Shown here: positions 58,598-64,000 of the stretch, in pieces
Numbering within the stretch: the first letter of the stretch is position 1
Layout of the letters: every line of letters starts with the position of its first letter
Source of the DNA: Tissierellaceae bacterium
GTDB lineage: Bacteria > Bacillota > Clostridia > Tissierellales > Tissierellaceae
Assembly: GCA_018434075.1 (NCBI GenBank)
Contig: JAHDQA010000011.1
Span: forward strand, 735-64,734
DNA: 64,000 nt
Reading direction: 5' to 3'
Translations under genes and position numbers: made by a program
The notes under the pieces: model-generated
Database searches by the model: none
What the model saw: only the letters and a program-made list of their open reading frames with translations
What the model was told of the DNA's origin: nothing

Positions 58598-61243
58598 ATG
58601 GCAAAAAAATATGTGTATTCATTTAAAGAAGGATCAAAGGAAATGAAGTCCCTGCTAGGTGGGAAAGGCTCTAACTTAGCTGAAATGACAAATCTCGGGT
58701 TACCAGTTCCTCCTGGATTCACAATCACAACTGAAGCTTGTTTAAGATTTTATGATGAGGGAGAACAGTTATGGCCTGAACTTCTTGAAGAAGTTTATGA
58801 GCATTTAAGAGAAGTTGAAGAGCTAACAGGTAAGAAATTCTCTGACACTGAAAATCCACTATTAGTATCAGTTAGATCTGGTGCTGTTTTTTCAATGCCA
58901 GGAATGATGGATACTATCTTAAACCTAGGATTAAATGATGTATCTGTTAAAGGCCTTGCAAAATCTACCGGCAACGAGAGATTTGCATATGATAGCTATA
59001 GAAGATTCATTCAAATGTTCTCTGATATAGCAATGGGTCTTGCAAAATCAAAATTTGATGCAATACTAGATGGACTAAAAGAAGAAAAGGGTGCTACATT
59101 AGATACTGACTTGAATGCAGAAGACATGAAAGTATTGGTTGAGAGATACAAAGAACTTTACAAAAAAGAAATGAATGAAGATTTTCCACAAGAACCAATG
59201 AAACAACTAGAACGAGCTATTAAAGCAGTTTTTGCTTCGTGGAATAATCCTAGAGCGATTGTATACAGGAGATTGAATGAAATTCCTCATAACTTAGGAA
59301 CAGCTGTAAATGTTCAATCAATGGTATATGGAAATATGGGAGAAACATCTGGTACAGGAGTTGCATTTACAAGAAATCCTGCTACTGGAGAAAATAAATT
59401 ATATGGAGAGTTCTTAATAAATGCTCAAGGAGAAGATGTTGTTGCAGGTATAAGAACACCAAAGCCAATTTCGGAATTAGCAGAAGTTATGCCTGAAGCA
59501 TATCAAGAATTGCAAAGAATTGCTCATATATTGGAAGCACATTACAGAGACATGCAAGATGTTGAATTTACAATTGAAAAAGGTAAACTCTTCATGCTTC
59601 AAACAAGAAATGGGAAAAGAACAGCTCATGCTGCAATAAATATTGCTGTTGATTTAGTTGATGAAGGAGTAATATCAAAGGATGAAGCCATCTTAAGAAT
59701 TGAGCCAAATCAACTCGATCAATTGTTGCATCCAAGTTTTGATGAAAAAGCATTAAAATCATCAAAACCTATTGCAAAAGGATTGCCTGCATCTCCTGGA
59801 GCAGCATCAGGAAAAGTTTACTTTACAGCTGAGGAGGCTGTGGAAGCTTCTAAGAAAGGTGAAAAAGTAATTTTAGTTAGACAGGAAACATCTCCTGAAG
59901 ATATTGAAGGAATGGTACTAGCTGAAGGAATATTAACTGCAAGAGGTGGAATGACATCTCATGCAGCTGTTGTTGCAAGAGGAATGGGAAAATGCTGTGT
60001 TGCAGGTTGCAGCGATATTAGAGTTGACGAAGAAGCTAAAGAGATTAGATCTAATTCACTTGTTATCAGAGAAGGAGAATATATATCGATAGATGGTTCA
60101 ACTGGAAATGTATATTTAGGAGAAATTCCTAAAGTTCAAACTGAGCTATCTGGTAAATTTGGGATATTCATGTCTTGGGTAGACGAAGCTAGAAGACTTA
60201 AAGTTAGAACAAATGCCGATACGCCTAGAGATGCTGCAGCAGCTGTTAAATTTGGAGCTGAAGGAATAGGTCTTTGCAGAACTGAGCATATGTTCTTTGA
60301 TGAAGCTAGAATTCCAGCTGTTAGAAGAATGATAGTTTCCAAATCTTTGGAACAAAGAGAAAAAGCATTAGCAGAGTTATTGCCATTACAAAGAAAAGAC
60401 TTTTATGAGATATATAAAGTTATGGGTGAAAGACCAGTAACTATAAGATTATTGGATCCACCATTACATGAATTCTTGCCAACTAGAAAATCAGACATTG
60501 AAGCTTTAGCTGAATCAATGGGTATGCCTTATGGCGAATTAGCTGATAGAATTGAAGAATTGCATGAATTAAATCCAATGCTTGGGCATAGAGGATGTAG
60601 ATTAGCAGTAACTTATCCTGAAATTTATAGAATGCAAGTTAGAGCAATTATTGAAGCTGCTTTGGATTTAAAACAAAACGACAATATGCAAGTTATTCCT
60701 GAAATTATGATACCACTTGTTGGAGCTAAGGAAGAATTAGCATATGTAAAGAAAGAAGTAGAAGATGAAATAAAGAAAGTCTTTGAAGAAAGAAATGACT
60801 CATTGAAGTATTTAGTAGGTACAATGATTGAAATACCTAGAGCTTGTGTAACCGCTGACGAGATTGCTCAAGAAGCTGAGTTCTTTAGCTTTGGTACAAA
60901 TGACTTGACTCAAATGACTTTTGGATTCTCAAGAGATGACTCAGGCAAATTTATAGATGCTTATGTAGAAAAAGGTATATTTAAGAAGAGCCCATTTGAA
61001 ACTATTGACCAAGAAGGTGTTGGGAAATTAATGCAAATGGCAGTAGAGTTAGGTCGAAAGACAAGACCAGAAATTAAACTTGGTATTTGTGGAGAACATG
61101 GTGGAGAGCCAAATTCAGTTGAGTTCTGTCACAGAATTGGATTGAATTATGTATCATGCTCACCTTACAGAGTACCAATTGCAAGACTTGCTGCCGCACA
61201 AGCGGTAATCAAAGAAAGAATGGACATTCAAAGAGATAAATAA
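58598..61243 (+). CDS. ppdK: Pyruvate, phosphate dikinase
   Basis: 881 aa. Motifs GGKGSNLAEM, GGMTSHAAVVARG (phospho-His) and GLCRTEHMF. Confidence 0.95.
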   Translation: MAKKYVYSFKEGSKEMKSLLGGKGSNLAEMTNLGLPVPPGFTITTEACLRFYDEGEQLWPELLEEVYEHLREVEELTGKKFSDTENPLLVSVRSGAVFSMPGMMDTILNLGLNDVSVKGLAKSTGNERFAYDSYRRFIQMFSDIAMGLAKSKFDAILDGLKEEKGATLDTDLNAEDMKVLVERYKELYKKEMNEDFPQEPMKQLERAIKAVFASWNNPRAIVYRRLNEIPHNLGTAVNVQSMVYGNMGETSGTGVAFTRNPATGENKLYGEFLINAQGEDVVAGIRTPKPISELAEVMPEAYQELQRIAHILEAHYRDMQDVEFTIEKGKLFMLQTRNGKRTAHAAINIAVDLVDEGVISKDEAILRIEPNQLDQLLHPSFDEKALKSSKPIAKGLPASPGAASGKVYFTAEEAVEASKKGEKVILVRQETSPEDIEGMVLAEGILTARGGMTSHAAVVARGMGKCCVAGCSDIRVDEEAKEIRSNSLVIREGEYISIDGSTGNVYLGEIPKVQTELSGKFGIFMSWVDEARRLKVRTNADTPRDAAAAVKFGAEGIGLCRTEHMFFDEARIPAVRRMIVSKSLEQREKALAELLPLQRKDFYEIYKVMGERPVTIRLLDPPLHEFLPTRKSDIEALAESMGMPYGELADRIEELHELNPMLGHRGCRLAVTYPEIYRMQVRAIIEAALDLKQNDNMQVIPEIMIPLVGAKEELAYVKKEVEDEIKKVFEERNDSLKYLVGTMIEIPRACVTADEIAQEAEFFSFGTNDLTQMTFGFSRDDSGKFIDAYVEKGIFKKSPFETIDQEGVGKLMQMAVELGRKTRPEIKLGICGEHGGEPNSVEFCHRIGLNYVSCSPYRVPIARLAAAQAVIKERMDIQRDK

Positions 61244-61249
61244 TTTTAG

Positions 61250-61279
61250 AAATCCCCTGTAATACTTGCAGGGGATTTT
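61250..61279 (+). terminator. Terminator after ppdK
   Basis: 10-bp stem AAATCCCCTG/CAGGGGATTT with a 9-nt loop and a short T tail. Confidence 0.7.
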
Positions 61280-61369
61280 ATAAATTTAATGAATATTTAA
61301 CTATATATGGGTATCTATTAGGTAGCCCGGATTTTATAAAGTAAGTGAAATATTTTTTTGGAGATAAAA

Positions 61370-62065
61370 ATGACAAAGGGAAATGGCGGTAAATTATTTA
61401 ACTATAAAAAGATCATACCTTCAATGCTTATAGTATTGGGGATAATTATATATCTAATATTTGGAAAAGACATTACAGTTGACAACATATTAAATATGTC
61501 CCCTAGGAATAGAATTTTTGCTAGTGTTTTTATTTTGATACTTTACTTTGTAAAAACCGTTTCTATTGTTGGACCTTTAATGGCATTATATATTGCTTCT
61601 GGCTTAATATTTCCTCTATATTGGGCGATACCATTGAACGTCTTGGGAGTGGCGATTGGCTTAGCCTATTCATATAAACTTGGATATTCAGCAGGAGATT
61701 ATTTGAAGAACAAGATTTTAACCAAATATGAAAAAATGAATGAATTCTACTCGATAGTAAAGGATAATGAATGGTTTTTCGCATTTATCATTAGAATAGT
61801 TGGATTGTTGCCGCATGATATTGTAAATATGTTTTTTGGTTCAATAAGAATGCCTTTTCATAAGTATATGACAGCATCTATCATTGGTTTAATGCCTATG
61901 TTGATAATTTCCACAATTATTGGGATGACAATAACCGACCCAATTTCTAAAGAGTTTTTATTAGCAGTAGCTATGAGGGTTGTCCTATCTATGAGTGCAA
62001 TTCTTATTTATAGGTTGATTTTAAACAAATCAAAGAAATCAAATAAGGAGGATAAAATTGAATAA
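61370..62065 (+). CDS. TVP38/TMEM64 (DedA-related) family membrane protein
   Basis: About 230 aa with 5-6 TM segments. ATG at 61370 lies 6 nt after GGAG. The ORF opens at TTG 61358. Confidence 0.55.
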   Translation: MTKGNGGKLFNYKKIIPSMLIVLGIIIYLIFGKDITVDNILNMSPRNRIFASVFILILYFVKTVSIVGPLMALYIASGLIFPLYWAIPLNVLGVAIGLAYSYKLGYSAGDYLKNKILTKYEKMNEFYSIVKDNEWFFAFIIRIVGLLPHDIVNMFFGSIRMPFHKYMTASIIGLMPMLIISTIIGMTITDPISKEFLLAVAMRVVLSMSAILIYRLILNKSKKSNKEDKIE

Positions 62066-62864
62066 AATAATTGGTTTTATTGGCGCTGGGAATATGGGTG
62101 AGGCAATGATTAAGAAGTTGCTTGAATCAGATGATTTCAATAAGCAAAGTATTATTGTGACAGCAAAAACAGTTGAAACTCGTAAAAGGATAGAAAATAC
62201 ATACAATGTAACAGTTTTAGAAGATATAAAAGAAATAGCAAAAAATGCTGATTACTTAGTATTAGCAGTTAAGCCACATCAATATGAAGGCATATTGAAT
62301 CAAATAAGAAATGAATTGAAAGAAAATATAATAATTATATCTATAGCTGCAGGAATTAGCTCAAAATTTATGAGAGAAAACTTAAACAATAAAACTAAGT
62401 TTGTAAATATAATGCCTAATACACCCGTGATGGTTGGTGAAGGTATGATAGCATTATATCCTAATGATAGTTTAACCGAAGAAGATATAAGTAATTTGTT
62501 GTCAATATTTAGTATTTTTGGTAAAGTAGAGGTAGTAGATGAGACCTTAATGGATGCCGTCACTGCAGCGAGTGGATCTTCACCTGCATTTGTATATATG
62601 ATGATTGAAGCTATGGCTGATGCAGCTGTTCTTTTGGGCATGAAAAGAGATAAAGCCTACACATTTGCAGCTCAAGCTGTTTTAGGTGCTGCTAAAATGG
62701 TTCTTGAAACTAAAGAGCATCCTGCCGTATTAAAGGACAAGGTATGTTCACCTGGAGGTACTACCATCGAAGGAGTGAAAGAATTGGAGAACAAAAACTT
62801 CCGCTCTGCTGTAATTAACGCTTCAATAGCAGTAGCGAATAAAAGCAAGAGTATGAATAAATAG
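62058..62864 (+). CDS. proC: Pyrroline-5-carboxylate reductase
   Basis: Motifs IGFIGAGNMGEAM and CSPGGTTIEG. The TTG start overlaps the upstream gene by 8 nt. Confidence 0.9.
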   Translation: MNKIIGFIGAGNMGEAMIKKLLESDDFNKQSIIVTAKTVETRKRIENTYNVTVLEDIKEIAKNADYLVLAVKPHQYEGILNQIRNELKENIIIISIAAGISSKFMRENLNNKTKFVNIMPNTPVMVGEGMIALYPNDSLTEEDISNLLSIFSIFGKVEVVDETLMDAVTAASGSSPAFVYMMIEAMADAAVLLGMKRDKAYTFAAQAVLGAAKMVLETKEHPAVLKDKVCSPGGTTIEGVKELENKNFRSAVINASIAVANKSKSMNK

Positions 62865-62875
62865 GAGGGGTTTGA

Positions 62876-63583
62876 TTGAAAAGTAAACATGTTGCAGGAA
62901 TTATTTTAATTGTTCTAGGTGTTGTATTTCTTTTAGATGAACTAGATATATTTTATTTTGGGGATATAATAAGAACTTATTGGCCATTGTTAATAGTTTT
63001 TTATGGACTTGGATCCTTATTTGACAAATCAAAATCAAAAGTCTTTAGTGCAATCGTTTTAGTATTTGGGTCAATTGTTCAGCTCAATAAACTTGAGTAT
63101 TTAAATGAAGGAATAATGAGTTATTTCTTACCTTCTGTTTTGATTATAGTTGGTGTAAATATGATATTTGAGAGTGAAAAAAACAAAAAAAAAATAAAAG
63201 TTGATTTTGATACCGATTTTGATTCCAATGATTTCGAAAAGAACACGATCAAGGATAATTTTATATCTCATACTGCTTTGTTCTCCGGATTGGAACTGAA
63301 GGTTATTAATGAGGATTTTGCAGGAGCTAAATTAAATGCAATTTTTGGCGGAATTGAGATAGATTTAACAAATGTAAAAACTACAAAAAAAGTCATTGTA
63401 ATAGAGGCAAATGCAATATTTGGAGGTATAGAGATCACCATACCACAAGATTGGAATGTAAAAATCGAGGGCACTCCACTATTTGGTGGATATTCTATGA
63501 ATCATAAAAGACAAGTTATTGAAAACGCACCTACTGTAGTATTCAGAGGGTTAGCTTTATTTGGAGGAGTTGAAATAGACTAA
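62876..63583 (+). CDS. LiaF-like (cell wall-active antibiotic response) membrane protein
   Basis: N-terminal TM helices and a C-terminal repeat of IFGGIEI/LFGGVEI typical of the LiaF/DUF2154 domain. TTG start after GGAGGGG. Confidence 0.55.
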   Translation: MKSKHVAGIILIVLGVVFLLDELDIFYFGDIIRTYWPLLIVFYGLGSLFDKSKSKVFSAIVLVFGSIVQLNKLEYLNEGIMSYFLPSVLIIVGVNMIFESEKNKKKIKVDFDTDFDSNDFEKNTIKDNFISHTALFSGLELKVINEDFAGAKLNAIFGGIEIDLTNVKTTKKVIVIEANAIFGGIEITIPQDWNVKIEGTPLFGGYSMNHKRQVIENAPTVVFRGLALFGGVEID

Positions 63584-63610
63584 CTAAAAACTTTGTTAAA
63601 TTAAAAACAT

Positions 63611-63634
63611 AGAATTTTCAAAAAATTCTTTTTA
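63611..63634 (+). terminator. Weak AT-rich terminator after the liaF-like gene
   Basis: 8-bp stem AGAATTTT/AAAATTCT with a 3-nt loop and a T5 run. Confidence 0.45.
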
Positions 63635-63639
63635 CGCAG

Positions 63640-63668
63640 TTGACATATGGTTTTAACTGTATTATCAT
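63640..63668 (+). promoter_or_regulatory. Putative glpP promoter
   Basis: TTGACA (63640-63645), 17-nt spacer, TATCAT (63663-63668). Confidence 0.55.
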
Positions 63669-63695
63669 AGACTTAGTTAAACAATGAAATTTAAC

Positions 63696-63749
63696 AAAGA
63701 CATGAGATGAGAGAGTCTTTAAGTCCTCTTTCATTTTATGTCTTTTTTT
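63696..63749 (+). terminator. Strong leader terminator/attenuator between the promoter and glpP
   Basis: 20-bp stem (17 Watson-Crick and 3 G-U pairs) AAAGACATGAGATGAGAGAG/CTCTTTCATTTTATGTCTTT with a 10-nt loop and a T7 run, ending 40 nt before the glpP ATG. Confidence 0.7.
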
Positions 63750-63789
63750 ATAGAGCATAGGAAATCGTTATTACTTAGGAGGTAGTATT

Positions 63790-64000
63790 ATGAGAAGGGT
63801 TGATTTAACTCAGATATTAGAGGAAAACCCAGTGATAGCAGCGATAAAAGGGAAAAATGATTTGGAATTAGCAATAAATTCTAATTCTCCTGTTATTTTC
63901 ATTTTAAACTCTGATATCATGGAATATACATATATTGTGGATAGCATACTAAAAGCTCATAAATTTCCATTTATTCATGTTGACATGCTTACAGGGCTTG
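63790..64000 (+). CDS. glpP: Glycerol-3-phosphate-responsive antiterminator GlpP, 3' end outside the window
   Basis: My own translation gives MRRVDLTQILEENPVIAAIKGKNDLELAINSNSPVIFILNS...FPFIHVDMLTGL, which fits the GlpP family. AGGAGG RBS. The frame is open to the window end, so it is absent from the ORF track. Confidence 0.75.
   Translation, partial: MRRVDLTQILEENPVIAAIKGKNDLELAINSNSPVIFILNSDIMEYTYIVDSILKAHKFPFIHVDMLTGL

Noticed and set aside
63591-63699. Perfect 11-nt inverted repeat CTTTGTTAAAT (63591-63601) / ATTTAACAAAG (63689-63699) bracketing the glpP promoter.
   Set aside because: It is short and AT-rich with arms 87 nt apart and no independent support. It could be chance, and the right arm is already part of the leader terminator stem.
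1-64000. Search for CRISPR arrays, IS elements, integrases, prophage or defence-island signatures and for tRNA/rRNA genes.
   Set aside because: No direct-repeat arrays or transposase, recombinase or phage-like ORFs were seen, and no non-coding gap is longer than about 200 bp. Every sizeable ORF has a metabolic, transport or regulatory assignment.

Overview
AT-rich, gene-dense (about 90% coding) chromosomal segment of a Firmicutes/Clostridia-type anaerobe. It consists almost entirely of sugar-uptake and metabolic operons. I found no rRNA or tRNA genes, CRISPR arrays, transposases, integrases, phage genes or recognisable defence genes.

Blocks in order:
1. Orphan ascorbate-family PTS (PRD activator truncated by the window edge, EIIB, EIIC) plus a PfkB kinase.
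2. MFS transporter; secreted stand-alone ComEC-type MBL + DUF3006 + DcyD-family enzyme; cyclophilin-DUF296-galU-cof; M48 protease.
3. Ribose operon rbsR-K-A-C-D-B with tandem LacI-type operators.
4. GNAT; fprA-ZIP operon.
5. Selenium-trafficking / selenium-dependent molybdenum hydroxylase maturation cluster (DUF3343, yedF, yedE, cysteine desulfurase, xdhC-like, yqeB, yqeC) with a near-consensus Fur-type box in its divergent promoter.
6. MurNAc recycling cluster murR-murQ-murP-mupG-EIIA, then nagA.
7. Mannitol operon mtlA-mtlR-mtlF, followed by a zinc-type MDR dehydrogenase where mtlD is expected, then a solitary ptsH.
8. ChvE/GguAB-like sugar ABC transporter.
9. YhhN-like protein, small membrane protein, nitroreductase, ThpR.
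10. Apparent operon of Er-VIT1 iron exporter, Cache-GAF-GGDEF cyclase and a His-rich DMT transporter.
11. GH13 lipoprotein and Nudix hydrolase.
12. Sigma-54-type acetoin dehydrogenase locus with two lesions: acoR lacks the N-terminal half of its AAA+ domain and is frameshifted, and acoA lacks its 5' third and abuts a truncated Lin0512-family gene. The sigma-54 promoter and acoB-acoX-acoC-acoL look intact.
13. ppdK, TVP38-family protein, proC, LiaF-like protein, and glpP (truncated by the window end) behind a strong leader terminator.

I do not see a convincing wholly new multi-gene system. The best candidates for follow-up are the selenium cluster with its Fur-type operator, the metal/c-di-GMP operon, the decaying aco locus and the non-canonical mannitol dehydrogenase. 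All family assignments come from motif recognition in the supplied translations. No database search was run.
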